Notes: generated by a model not told the origin, from the sequence alone. A DNA stretch of 64,000 bases from Planctomycetota bacterium (GCA_009691715.1 SIAN01000016.1:389-64388), one strand, 5' to 3'. Counted from the first letter of the stretch, positions 31,848 through 41,836 are shown. A program made the numbers and translations.

Positions 31848-32540
31848 ATGAGCGTGGCATCCACCAAGGAAAACTCGGTCTGGCAGGCGCTGACGTTCGA
31901 CTGCTTCGGCACGCTCATCGATTGGGCGGAGGGGCTTCGACAGGCGCTGACCGACGAGGGTGCGTTCGAGGCGGTGAAGCCGCGGTTCGACGAATTCCTG
32001 CACTTCCGTGAGAAGCGCGAGGCGGAGTGGGAGGCGCTGCCCTACCGCCATTACCGCGAGATCCTCGCGGTGTCGCTGCGTGAGGCCTACGTCGAATTCG
32101 GTGCGACGCTTGACGAGCCAGCCGCGTTGCGCGTCGCCGACTCGCTGCGCCGCTGGCCGCCGTTCCCCGACACCGTCTCGGCGCTGCGCCGTCTCGGCAG
32201 CCACTTCCCGCTGTTGCTGTTGTCCAACGTCGATCGCGCCCCGCTGGCGGCAGTTGTCGAGCGACTCGGGATCCCGTTCGCCGAGCTAGTCACGGCCGAG
32301 GACGTGCGCAGCTACAAGCCGGCCCCGGCGCATTTCCAGGAAGCGAAGCGTCGTCTCAGCTCGCGCACCGAAGGCTGGCTGCACGTGGCGGCCTCGCAGT
32401 TCCACGACCTCGAGCCGGCCCATGCGCTCGGCATCTCCTGCGCCTATGTCAACCGCACCGGAGCGAAAGCCCCCGAATCTGCGGCGCCGCGGATGATGGT
32501 GAAAGACTTGAACGAGCTGTGCAAGAAGCTCGGCGTCTGA
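31848..32540 (+). CDS. HAD-superfamily hydrolase (haloacid dehalogenase type II-like)
   Basis: ATG 31848. ALTFDCFGTLIDW (DxxGT motif variant), LLSNVD, SYKPAPAHF. Track start 30903 rejected. Confidence 0.8.
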   Translation: MSVASTKENSVWQALTFDCFGTLIDWAEGLRQALTDEGAFEAVKPRFDEFLHFREKREAEWEALPYRHYREILAVSLREAYVEFGATLDEPAALRVADSLRRWPPFPDTVSALRRLGSHFPLLLLSNVDRAPLAAVVERLGIPFAELVTAEDVRSYKPAPAHFQEAKRRLSSRTEGWLHVAASQFHDLEPAHALGISCAYVNRTGAKAPESAAPRMMVKDLNELCKKLGV

Positions 32541-32569
32541 TCGGACCGGGCGCAGGAGCCTATTTCGCG

Positions 32570-33487
32570 ATGGCCAAGCGTGGACGTGTGCGCCCGTTCC
32601 CGGCAGTGAAGATCGGCGTGATCGGGGGCAGCGGGCTCTACGAGATTCCGGGTGCGAAGCGGCTCGCGGAAATCCGCGCGAAGACGCCTTGGGGCGCGCC
32701 TTCTGACGCGATCGCGGTGGTGGAGTTGGATGGCGTGCCGGTGGCGTTCCTGCCGCGTCACGGTCGTGGCCACTCCGTCCTGCCAAGCGAGGTGAATGGC
32801 CGCGCCAACCTTGCCGCGTTGAAGCAGCTCGGCGTCGAGCAAGTGGTGGCATTCTCCGCGGTCGGCAGCCTCAAGGAGGAGCTCGCGCCGCTCGACTTCG
32901 TGGTGCCGTCGCAGCTGATCGACCGTACCCGACATCGCCCCGACACCTATTTCGGCGGCGGCATCGTCGGCCACGTCGCGTTCGCCGACCCCTTCTGTCC
33001 GCGTCTTGCCGCACAGCTGGAAGTCGCAATCCGGGAGGCGAAGCTGCCGGGCGGTCGCGGTGGCGAAACGCTCGTCTGCATGGAGGGTCCGCAGTTCTCG
33101 ACCCGCGCCGAAAGCCAGCTCTACCGGTCGTTCGGAGCCGGGCTGATCAACATGTCCGCGCTGCCCGAGGCGAAGCTCGCCCGCGAGGCGGAGCTCTGCT
33201 ACGCGCTCGTCTGCATGGTGACCGACTACGACTGCTGGCGCGACGGCGGGAGCGATGTCGACATCCAGATGGTGATCGGCAACCTCTCCCGCAACGCCGA
33301 ACGTGCACGCGGACTGTTGCCGCTGCTGCTGCCGCGCATCGCGGCTGCGACGCGTACGTGCGGCTGCCCGGACGCGAGCCGGCATGCCGTCATCACGGCG
33401 CCGGAACGGCAGCCGGCGGCGACGCGCGCTCGACTTGCGTCGATCCTCCCGCGCTATTTCGGGCCGGTGAGGAAGCCGCGGCGTTGA
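32570..33487 (+). CDS. mtnP: S-methyl-5'-thioadenosine phosphorylase
   Basis: KIGVIGGSGLY, FLPRHGRGH, CMEGPQFSTRAES..YR, LINMSALPEAKLAREAE.CY, VTDYDCW. Confidence 0.9.
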   Translation: MAKRGRVRPFPAVKIGVIGGSGLYEIPGAKRLAEIRAKTPWGAPSDAIAVVELDGVPVAFLPRHGRGHSVLPSEVNGRANLAALKQLGVEQVVAFSAVGSLKEELAPLDFVVPSQLIDRTRHRPDTYFGGGIVGHVAFADPFCPRLAAQLEVAIREAKLPGGRGGETLVCMEGPQFSTRAESQLYRSFGAGLINMSALPEAKLAREAELCYALVCMVTDYDCWRDGGSDVDIQMVIGNLSRNAERARGLLPLLLPRIAAATRTCGCPDASRHAVITAPERQPAATRARLASILPRYFGPVRKPRR

Positions 33488-33963
33488 CGCGGGCCGTGCG
33501 TGCGGAGCGCATCTGCATGGCGCGCTCGCGAGTGCGATGGCACGGACCGCTGCCGCCAACGCTGCGTTCGTCGAGCGTCCGGTCTGCGTCCGAAAGTCGT
33601 TACCAGTAAACAGGTTGCGGCTGGCGATTGGCAGTTTCGAAGCCGCTGCCGACGCAACTGGCGGTCGGCACACCCTTTGTTTCTTCGGGCGCGAACCCCG
33701 AGGCGGTCGGAGTCGGCCTCGCGAATGGATCGGTTCAGGCAAGCCCGGTTCCTTTGCGGCAACGGGGCTTGGTTCTCGCTGAGGGGTTCATTGAAACGAA
33801 TCGCTGACTGGCCGGGTCGCTCGCTCGGACGCCCGCGAGCGTCCCGCCGGGCGCTTTGCCTGCAACCACCGCTCAGCTTCGCGGCCCCGTCGCGCGCTTC
33901 GAGCCAATGAACGGTCGCGCTCGCCTCAGGGGTACGCGCGCTCATCCCCCGTAGGAGCACCCC

Positions 33964-36126
33964 ATGCGCATCGTCTCGATCCCGTTCGCGGTCTGGCTCG
34001 CCGCATTTCCGCTTTCCGACATCCTCGTCGCCCAGCAATCGCTGGCGGAACGCTTGCCCGCCGACACCTTGCTCTACCTTTCGCTCGACACGGGACGGCT
34101 CGTCGATGGCGCGCTCGAGCTCGACCTCGCCAATTTGCTCGACGAGGCGCAGGTTCGCGAGTTCCTCGCTCCAGTCGCTGCGCAGGCCAAGGTCGAGGTT
34201 TCGACCGACGGCATCCGTCGGCTGATCAACTCGGTGCCGTGGCAGAGCTACGTGAACGGTCGCGTCGAGCTCGGACTCCGGGGCTTCGAGGTGTCGATCG
34301 GCGGGCAGCGACTCACGATCGCACCGAGCCAGCCGATCGACGCGCGCATGCTCAACCGTCTGAGCGCTCTCGCCGAGCAACTCGCGACGGAGGGCGGTGG
34401 CTCGGTGGTCATCGAGCCTGACGTTGTGCTGTCGATCGACGTCGGCGACCGTTTCGCAGCGTGGTATGGCGAGATGATCGACGGGCTTCCGCGACAGGGC
34501 GTGCCGGTCAAAGTCGAGCGCTGTGCCATCGGCGGCCGCGACGTGACTCGTCTGGCGTTCCAGCCGGACTCCGAAGGCCCGAAGATCGCGCTCCACATCG
34601 CGGCCGATCAAGGCCGTTGGTGGGTCGCCGGCAGTGCCGCCGCGCTCGAGCGGACGCTTGCCGGTGGGCAGGGGGCGTCGCTTGCTCGGGATGCCGCGTT
34701 CCGCCGTTGCGTCGACCAGGTCGCGATCGAGCCAGCGGCGCTGCTCGCCTACTTCAATGCCGCGCACGTCGCGCGCATCTTCGATCGACTGGTCCCCCCG
34801 ATCGTGAAGGAGGAACTCGACCTGCTCGGGCTGAGCTCGGTCGAGTCGGTCGGTTTCGCCTCGAGTTTCGTCGCCGGCGGCGTGCGTGACTCGATCGCGC
34901 TGTCTTGGTCGCAACCGCCGACCGGCCTGCTGTCGCTGCTGGACTGTGTCGACGGCGGCTTTGACTACTTGAATGTTGCCCCCGTCGAGACCGGCTTCTA
35001 TCTCGGGCTGCGAATCGCACCCGAGGCATTTGTCGACAAGTTGGCGCTGGTCGCCGACCAGTTTGCGCCCGGATCGTCACGCGGTCTCGACCAGGCATTC
35101 GCGCGAATCGAGGCCGAGTTGGGGGTCGATGTCCGCGAGGCGCTGCTCCCGGCGTTCGGCGACGAACTCGGGGTGTATCTCACTCCGCCAGGCGGCGGCG
35201 CGATGCTCCCCGACGGCATGGTGATGCTCGAAGTCGGCGATCGCGAGCAGTTCGCCAAGTTGTTCGCGATGGTCCGAGAGATGGCGGCCCAGCAGGGTGC
35301 GCCGTTCTCGGACGCGCGCGGTCTGCCGCCGGGTGTCGAGGGATTCACGCTCGCGCTTCCCGACGCGCCGATTCATCCGGCATTCGCCCTCACCAAGGAG
35401 GCGCTCTGCATCGCGCCCAACGTGCTTGCGCTCAAGAGTTCGTTGAAAGCGCTCGAGAATGGCCGGACCGAGTCCGCGTTGGGCAACCCACGCCTCCAGC
35501 AGGTCTTGACCGGCCTCACGGGCAAGCCGAGTGCAGCCGGCCTATCGCTCCTGGCGTTCGTCGATCTGCACCAACTCGTAGTGCTTGGCTACCCGTTCCT
35601 GCCAATGGTCGCCGAAACGTTGCATCGTGAGGTTGGCGTCGATCCGTCCGCGTTGCCCGAGGTCGATGCCGTCGCCCCTCATTTGTCCGGCATCGGCATC
35701 GCCGGCCGCTCCGATCGGCACGGCCTGGTGTTGTCGCTCTTCACGCCGACGGGGCTGTTGCCGTTGGCGGCGAGTGCCGCCATCTGGCAGCACTCGGCGC
35801 GTGAGTCGGCGCACACCATGGCGGCGATGGCGACGGCGACGCAAGCAATCTCGCCGACGCCCGCCGAGGTTGCTGCGAGCGAGCTGGGGCAGCGAGACCG
35901 CCCCGCCGGCAAGACTCGGTCGCTCGGCAGCCTGTTCGCGAGCCTGGAGAAGGCGACCGGCGCGACCATCGACTTCCCGGACTCGATCGCGGACGTGCAG
36001 GTGAGCTACCACGCGAAGTCCGGCGATCTGGACGTGATCCTGGCCGAACTCGCTGTTTTGGTGGGCTTCGGCTATTCGATCGACGCGAGTGACGGCGAGC
36101 GGCTCGTCACGATCACCCGCGGCTGA
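33964..36126 (+). CDS. Large secreted hypothetical protein
   Basis: AGGAG lies 5 nt before the ATG. Signal peptide MRIVSIPFAVWLAAFPLSDILVAQQ. 720 aa. High GC3. No family confidently recognised. Confidence 0.8.
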   Translation: MRIVSIPFAVWLAAFPLSDILVAQQSLAERLPADTLLYLSLDTGRLVDGALELDLANLLDEAQVREFLAPVAAQAKVEVSTDGIRRLINSVPWQSYVNGRVELGLRGFEVSIGGQRLTIAPSQPIDARMLNRLSALAEQLATEGGGSVVIEPDVVLSIDVGDRFAAWYGEMIDGLPRQGVPVKVERCAIGGRDVTRLAFQPDSEGPKIALHIAADQGRWWVAGSAAALERTLAGGQGASLARDAAFRRCVDQVAIEPAALLAYFNAAHVARIFDRLVPPIVKEELDLLGLSSVESVGFASSFVAGGVRDSIALSWSQPPTGLLSLLDCVDGGFDYLNVAPVETGFYLGLRIAPEAFVDKLALVADQFAPGSSRGLDQAFARIEAELGVDVREALLPAFGDELGVYLTPPGGGAMLPDGMVMLEVGDREQFAKLFAMVREMAAQQGAPFSDARGLPPGVEGFTLALPDAPIHPAFALTKEALCIAPNVLALKSSLKALENGRTESALGNPRLQQVLTGLTGKPSAAGLSLLAFVDLHQLVVLGYPFLPMVAETLHREVGVDPSALPEVDAVAPHLSGIGIAGRSDRHGLVLSLFTPTGLLPLAASAAIWQHSARESAHTMAAMATATQAISPTPAEVAASELGQRDRPAGKTRSLGSLFASLEKATGATIDFPDSIADVQVSYHAKSGDLDVILAELAVLVGFGYSIDASDGERLVTITRG

Positions 36127-36278
36127 TCGCGCTGCGGCGGCTGTCGCGCGCGAGTCCACGGGCTTTTCCTCACGCTCCGTCGCCTTGATCAGGCGGCGGA
36201 GCGAATTGTTTTCAGCTCCGATTTCCGGCGAGTGGCGCGCTCCGTTCGAGTCGATATTGAGAGCGGCGGAGGGTCTCC

Positions 36279-36698
36279 GTGGCGCTCGAACATCGATTGC
36301 TGATCTACGTCTATCGGCGCCGCACGAGCGGGGTCGAGTACCTGGTCGAACGGCGTTGGCCGGCGCTGGAGTTCGCCTGGTCGCCGATTCCGGCCGAGGT
36401 CGGCTACACCGAGTCGCTCGAGTCGGCGACGCGCCGCAACATGGCGCACTCTTGGCACGCCCCGCCGCCCGAGCGCCTCGTCGATCTGCGCGTCTGCGGC
36501 CATGTGACGGTTGGCGACCTCGACCTGATCGACTGGGGGATGGGTTACGCCGTTCGCGCCAATTGGGAACCGCGGCCGCAAGAGCTTGGCTTGCGCGCCG
36601 ACATCGCCTGGCAGCCCTTGCCGGTGGTGATGGGCCTGCTCGAGGACGAGCCTGCGCGACGCGCCCTGTTCCGGCTTCACGTCGCTGCCGCGGAGTGA
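36279..36698 (+). CDS. Nudix-fold-like protein with degenerate Nudix box
   Basis: GTG start. GYTESLESATRRNMAHS aligns to Gx5Ex7REUxEE but lacks the catalytic Glu residues. 139 aa. Confidence 0.5.
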   Translation: MALEHRLLIYVYRRRTSGVEYLVERRWPALEFAWSPIPAEVGYTESLESATRRNMAHSWHAPPPERLVDLRVCGHVTVGDLDLIDWGMGYAVRANWEPRPQELGLRADIAWQPLPVVMGLLEDEPARRALFRLHVAAAE

Positions 36699-36801
36699 CG
36701 GCCTTCGGGCGACGGCCCGATTGCGTCGGGTGGCGGATTCCGGAAGATCGGGGCATGAGCCCGGTCAGATCGGCTCCACCATCGCGCGAGGGACGCCTCT
36801 C

Positions 36802-38313
36802 ATGCAGTCAGCAGGGCAGCAGCAGTCGACGCGCCCGCTCCTTCACGCACGCCGGCGCGAGTCGGGAGTTGTGCTGATCCTCGCGATGTTCGTGATCCTC
36901 CTGCTGATGGTAATCGTGCCGCAATTCTGCTTCAGCGCTCACGTCGAGCGCGAGCGCGCGATGAACGATGTCACTGAACTGCAGATGGAGTCGATCGCCC
37001 GCGCCGCGATCCTGCGGGCGCAAGCTGGGATCCTGGTCGATCTCGAGGACGACCAGAGCAAAGAGGAGGGGAGCGGCGACGATGGGCCGCTCGGTGGCGG
37101 AGGCGCTGGCGGCGCTGCCGGTGGCGCGGCGGGAAGTGGCGGCGGAGCGCCGCCGGACGGAAGCGGTGATGCACCTGGCGCCGGCGGCGGCTCGACGAAC
37201 CACTGCGACTCCCTCGACGAGCCGTGGGCGGAGGGAACGCTCGACTTCACGTTGGGCGACCTGGCCGAACTGAAGACCAAGATCATGATCAGCGATGAGG
37301 ACGCCAAGCTGAACGTCCTGCTGCTGGCGGCCGAGGAGCGCGAGTACCGCGACGAATGGCGCAGCCGGTTCGAGCGTTGCCTCGACTTGATGCGTGACGG
37401 CATGCCCGAGGACCTGGCGATCAGCGACTCCGCCGAGCTAGTCGACAAGATGGAGCGCTGGATGCGCGGCGAGCGCGACCACGACGAGCTCTCCAAGCCG
37501 AAACTTCAGTCAGGCGATTGGCAGGGGATCGCCGAGCAACCCACCTACGCGCCGCTTTCGCTCGCCGAGTTCGCACTCGCGGGGGGGATCAAGCCGAACC
37601 TCTTGACCGGTTACCTGTACGGCGAGCCAGACGACGATCCTGACGAGCAGAAGTGGGTCCCGGGGCTCTGCCAGGGGCTCACGGTCTGGTCCAACCTCGA
37701 ATGGAAGGATCTCGAAGTCGAGGAGGCGAAGCCCGACGCCACCGGCGGCCCGAAGTCGGCGCGTGCCGAAGCGCAGGGCGTGAACAACGGCCGCGTCAAC
37801 GTGAACACTGCGCCGATTTGGGTGCTGAAGAGCCTCTTCCCGGACTCCGAGATCCCGTACTCAGCGTGGGACGACTACGAGAAGTTCCGGCGCGAGCAGC
37901 TCGAAGAAATCAAGAGGAAACGCGAGGAGGCGCGCAGTGGCGGCGGCGGGTTCAGCCAGGACGACAAGCCGGATGCCACTGATGCGAAGTACCCGCTGAA
38001 GACCATCGATGACCTGCGCAAAGTCGAGGGCTTCACTTCCGACTCCGGCTCGATGACTCCGGAGCGGTGGGACAAGCTCGCGATGTTGCTCACGGTCGAG
38101 AGCAACGTCTTCACGATCACTGCGGTGGTGGCCACGCTCCGCCCCCCGGTGCGTTACTACGTCGCGCGTGCCGTGGTCTGGCGCCGTTCGCAGGGCAGCG
38201 GCGAGCCGCGTTGCCTCCCAGTCGTCAACTTCGAGCGCGTGCCAGTCTCAGCCGTCGATCTCCGCGAGTTTGCGAAGGAGATCGAAGAAGAGTCGAGCTA
38301 CTACGACGACTAG
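36802..38313 (+). CDS. GspK-like type II secretion/pseudopilin protein
   Basis: ATG 36802. RRESGVVLILAMFVILLLMVI N-terminal helix. ..RVNVNTAPIWVLKSL.. is a GspK hallmark. Gly-rich insert. TAG stop. Confidence 0.7.
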   Translation: MQSAGQQQSTRPLLHARRRESGVVLILAMFVILLLMVIVPQFCFSAHVERERAMNDVTELQMESIARAAILRAQAGILVDLEDDQSKEEGSGDDGPLGGGGAGGAAGGAAGSGGGAPPDGSGDAPGAGGGSTNHCDSLDEPWAEGTLDFTLGDLAELKTKIMISDEDAKLNVLLLAAEEREYRDEWRSRFERCLDLMRDGMPEDLAISDSAELVDKMERWMRGERDHDELSKPKLQSGDWQGIAEQPTYAPLSLAEFALAGGIKPNLLTGYLYGEPDDDPDEQKWVPGLCQGLTVWSNLEWKDLEVEEAKPDATGGPKSARAEAQGVNNGRVNVNTAPIWVLKSLFPDSEIPYSAWDDYEKFRREQLEEIKRKREEARSGGGGFSQDDKPDATDAKYPLKTIDDLRKVEGFTSDSGSMTPERWDKLAMLLTVESNVFTITAVVATLRPPVRYYVARAVVWRRSQGSGEPRCLPVVNFERVPVSAVDLREFAKEIEEESSYYDD

Positions 38314-38466
38314 TCGCGCTGCTTCGGCGAGTCGTCGCGCTACCTCGACCAGCAGTCACGCCACTACAACGAGTCGCTGCCCCGGGCACGGACGGGTCCT
38401 GAGGCGTGCGCGAATTGACACCCGGAGGGAGGCCGGTAACGTCCCTAGGTTCCCCCGGACCCGAAA

Positions 38467-39237
38467 ATGCGCATCCCTGTCATTGCCGGCAATTGGAAGA
38501 TGAACCTCGATCGCACCGCGGCCGTCGCGTTGGCGCGCGCGGTCCTCGCCGCGTTGCCACCTGGCAGTGCCGAGGGCGTCGAAGTCGGGATCGCGCCACC
38601 CTACCCCTACCTCGAGGCGGTCCGCGGTGTGTTGCGTGGCAGTGCGATCTGGGTCGGCGGGCAGGATCTGTCCCCAGAGCCCTACGGCGCGTTCACTGGG
38701 GACGTGTCGGCGCCGATGTTGACCGACGTCGGCTGCAGCCACGTGATCGTCGGCCATTCAGAGCGGCGCCAGCGCGGGGAAAGCTCGGAGCTGGTCGGTC
38801 GGAAAGTCGCCGCGGCGATCGCGGCAAGACTCGCCCCAGTGCTTTGTGTCGGCGAGACCCTCGCGCAACGCGAAAGCGGCAAGACGGCCGCGGTCGTCCT
38901 CGAGCAGCTTGACTCAGGTCTACGCGGAATCACCGCCGGCGAAGGCGCGCACCTGCTCGTCGCCTACGAACCGGTCTGGGCGATCGGGACCGGACGCAAC
39001 GCGACGCCAGCGCAGGCGGGCGAAGTGCACGCGCTGCTGCGTGATCGCCTGGCGAAACTCTGGTCGCGGGCGGTCGCCGAATCCGTCCGCATCCTCTACG
39101 GTGGTTCGGTCAAGCCGGAGAACGCCGGTGAACTCCTCGCAGTCCCCGATATCGATGGTGCGCTGGTCGGCGGCGCCTCGCTTGTCGCTGGTTCGTTCCT
39201 GAAGATCATTGCCGCGTGCCCGCAACGGGCGCGCTGA
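38467..39237 (+). CDS. tpiA: Triosephosphate isomerase
   Basis: VIAGNWKMN, IVGHSERR, AYEPVWAIGTG, ILYGGSV. Confidence 0.95.
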   Translation: MRIPVIAGNWKMNLDRTAAVALARAVLAALPPGSAEGVEVGIAPPYPYLEAVRGVLRGSAIWVGGQDLSPEPYGAFTGDVSAPMLTDVGCSHVIVGHSERRQRGESSELVGRKVAAAIAARLAPVLCVGETLAQRESGKTAAVVLEQLDSGLRGITAGEGAHLLVAYEPVWAIGTGRNATPAQAGEVHALLRDRLAKLWSRAVAESVRILYGGSVKPENAGELLAVPDIDGALVGGASLVAGSFLKIIAACPQRAR

Positions 39238-39252
39238 CGAGGTAACTGCTCC

Positions 39253-39711
39253 ATGACGCTGTCGCTGCTCACTCTGGCCGGATTCTTCTACGGAGTCCTT
39301 TGGTTCCTGCTGATCCTCACCATGCTGCTGCTGATCGGCGTGATCCTGCTGCAGGAGGGCAAGGGCGGTGGCCTCGCCGAGGCGTTCGGCGGCGCGGGTG
39401 CCGAGACGTTCGGCGTGAAGGCGCACGGCATCAACAAGTTCACCGCGGTGGTGGGTGGCGTCTTCCTCGTCCTCTGCGTCGTGCTCACGAAGGTTCACCT
39501 CGAGCCGACTCAGGAGGAGCTCGTGCCTTCGTTCACGCCGGAGGCTGAGCGGCCCGATCCGAACGACCCGAGAGAGATCTTGAAGAACCTAGTCGTTCCG
39601 CCAGGCGGGGCTGGCGCAGGCGCGCCACCCGCGGGTGGTGCTGGCGTCGTGCCCCCACCGGGCGGCGGCGCCGCCAATCCAGCCCCTGGGCCGCAAGGCG
39701 ACGGCAAGTAA
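39253..39711 (+). CDS. secG: Preprotein translocase subunit SecG with Pro/Gly-rich C-terminal extension
   Basis: ..LLLIGVILLQEGKGGGLAEAFGG.. is the SecG signature. Second TM, then a tail of about 75 aa. Confidence 0.85.
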   Translation: MTLSLLTLAGFFYGVLWFLLILTMLLLIGVILLQEGKGGGLAEAFGGAGAETFGVKAHGINKFTAVVGGVFLVLCVVLTKVHLEPTQEELVPSFTPEAERPDPNDPREILKNLVVPPGGAGAGAPPAGGAGVVPPPGGGAANPAPGPQGDGK

Positions 39712-39742
39712 TCAGGGCGAAGGAAACTCGGGGAGCTGTCAC

Positions 39743-40357
39743 GTGGACGTCGCAGAAGTCCGTCGTTCGCTCGAAGAGACGCAAGCGCTGCTGAACGGCC
39801 ATTTCCTGCTGAGTTCGGGCAAGCACAGCGACAAGTACTTCCAATGCGCGCGAGTACTCGCATCACCGGCTCGCGCGTCGTTGCTCGGCGCCGGCATCGG
39901 CAGCCGCTTCACCGATCTGCCGGTCGACGCGGTGATCGGCCCGGCGATCGGCGGCATCGTGATCGCGCACGAGGTCGCCCGCTATCTCGGCACACCGAGT
40001 TACTACACCGAGCGCGAGAACGGGAACATGACGCTGCGCCGCGGTTTCACGCTGGAGCCTGGCAGCAAGGTGATCGTGGTCGAGGACGTCGTCACGACCG
40101 GCGGCTCGGCGAAGGAAGTGGTCGAGTTGTTCCAATCGATGGGTATCGAAGTGGTCGGCGTCGGCGCGATCGTCTGGCGTTCACCGGAGCCGAATGCGAG
40201 TTCGCCATTCGGCGCGCTGCCGTTCCGGCCGTTGCTGGTGATGCCGACCGAGGCGTGGGACGTGCCGAATTGCCCGCAATGCAAGCTTGGCAAGCCGTTC
40301 CATAAGCCGGGCAGCCGCACGCACGCCGCCGGCGCGGCAGCCGAAGCGGGGAAGTGA
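39743..40357 (+). CDS. pyrE: Orotate phosphoribosyltransferase
   Basis: GTG 39743 after GGGGAG. GHFLLSSGKHSDKYFQC. PRPP loop VIVVEDVVTTGGS. Track start 39635 overlaps secG and is rejected. Confidence 0.88.
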   Translation: MDVAEVRRSLEETQALLNGHFLLSSGKHSDKYFQCARVLASPARASLLGAGIGSRFTDLPVDAVIGPAIGGIVIAHEVARYLGTPSYYTERENGNMTLRRGFTLEPGSKVIVVEDVVTTGGSAKEVVELFQSMGIEVVGVGAIVWRSPEPNASSPFGALPFRPLLVMPTEAWDVPNCPQCKLGKPFHKPGSRTHAAGAAAEAGK

Positions 40358-40361
40358 GCCG

Positions 40362-41243
40362 ATGCCGGCGAGCATGACCGGCTTCGGCCGCGCGGGCAGT
40401 CGCGGGCGTGGCGCGCGGCTCCTCTGCGAGGTGCGATCGGTCAATCATCGGTTCCTGTCGACCAAGATTCGGCTGCCGAGCGCGCTCGGGCAACTCGAGA
40501 GCATGGTCGAGCAGCGCGTGAAAGAACGGCTGCAGCGCGGCTCGGTCGAAGTCGCGGTCTTCTGGCGCGATGCCGGCGCGCGCTTGGCCTCGACGCTGGT
40601 TCCGAAGGTCGCCGATCACTATTTGGCCGAAATCCGCGGGTACCTGAAGAAGAAGAAGCTGGCGCCCGACGTCAGCGCCGAACTCCTGCTCGGTCTACCA
40701 GGTGTGCTGGCTCCGGCCGACCCCGATGCCATCGCCGATGACTTCGCGAAGGAGTTGCGACAGGTCGTCGACAGCGCGCTCGATGCGTTGTGCGAGATGC
40801 GGACCCGCGAGGGCGATCGGCTCGCCGCCGCACTGCGGCGCGAAGCGAAGCAGGTGCACGCGTGCGCCGCGGTGATCCAGTCGGGTATCCCGGCGATGGT
40901 GCGCAATTACCAGCAGAAGCTCGGCGAACGCATCGCTGCGCTGCTCGACGGTCAGGGAGTCGCGCCCGATCCTGCGATCCTCGCGCGCGAGGTCGCGCTC
41001 TTCGCGGACAAGGCGGACGTGACCGAAGAACTCGATCGGCTGAAGAGCCACGAAAGCGAGTTCGAGAAGCTGCTGGCCAAGTCGGGGCCGATCGGCCGCG
41101 AACTCGAGTTCCTGGTGCAGGAGATGGGGCGCGAGGTGCAGACGGTGGGGAGCAAGGTGCAAGACACCGCGCTGCTCACCAAAGTGCGCGAAGCCAAGGC
41201 GAGCCTCGAGAAGCTGCGCGAACAGGTGGCGAACTTCGAATGA
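40362..41243 (+). CDS. yicC: YicC family stress-induced protein
   Basis: MTGFGRA., EVRSVNHRFL, DVTEELDRLKSH, GRELEFLVQEMGREVQTVGSK. Confidence 0.9.
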   Translation: MPASMTGFGRAGSRGRGARLLCEVRSVNHRFLSTKIRLPSALGQLESMVEQRVKERLQRGSVEVAVFWRDAGARLASTLVPKVADHYLAEIRGYLKKKKLAPDVSAELLLGLPGVLAPADPDAIADDFAKELRQVVDSALDALCEMRTREGDRLAAALRREAKQVHACAAVIQSGIPAMVRNYQQKLGERIAALLDGQGVAPDPAILAREVALFADKADVTEELDRLKSHESEFEKLLAKSGPIGRELEFLVQEMGREVQTVGSKVQDTALLTKVREAKASLEKLREQVANFE

Positions 41244-41836
41244 TCGACAGCCGCACCGCCGCCGGCCCACCGCCCGGCAGCACGCCCTTCCGTGGCGGTC
41301 TGGCGGTGTTGTCGGGTCCGTCGGGATCGGGCAAAACGTCGATCTGCAATGCGCTGCTGGAGGATCCGCGAGTCGAGCTGTCGATCAGTGCGACGACTCG
41401 GCCAGCACGGGGCGGGGAGCAGCACGGTCGCGAGTATTGGTTCTATTCGCGCGCCGAGTTCGACCGGATGGTCGCCGCCGGTGACTTCGTCGAATGGGCG
41501 CAGGTCTACGCCAATTGCTACGGCACTCCAAGGCGTCCGCTCGAAGAGGCTTCGCGTCGCACCGACCGGTTGATGGTCCTCGACATCGACGTGCAGGGGG
41601 CGGCGCAGCTGCGGAAGCAAGCGATCCGGCACGTCTCGATCTTCATCGCGCCACCGAGCATCGATGAGCTGAAGCGCCGGTTGGCGGCCCGTCGCACCGA
41701 CTCGCCCGAGGTGATCGCCGAGCGGCTCCGATGGGCGGAACAGGAACTGGCTCAGGCCGGCACCTACGACCACGTGATCGTCAACGTCGACCTCGCCGCC
41801 ACCATTGCCGCCGCCAAGGCGATCCTCGGCCTCTGA
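41240..41836 (+). CDS. gmk: Guanylate kinase
   Basis: ATGA overlap with yicC. LSGPSGSGKTS, SATTRP.R.GE..G.EY.F, EWA.VY.N.YGT. Confidence 0.92.
   Translation: MIDSRTAAGPPPGSTPFRGGLAVLSGPSGSGKTSICNALLEDPRVELSISATTRPARGGEQHGREYWFYSRAEFDRMVAAGDFVEWAQVYANCYGTPRRPLEEASRRTDRLMVLDIDVQGAAQLRKQAIRHVSIFIAPPSIDELKRRLAARRTDSPEVIAERLRWAEQELAQAGTYDHVIVNVDLAATIAAAKAILGL

Noticed and set aside
33538-33554. TGGCACGGACCGCTGCC as a sigma54 promoter in the long gap upstream of 33964
   Set aside because: The GG-to-GC spacing is off by one or two nt from the strict -24/-12 geometry and there is no TTGC element.
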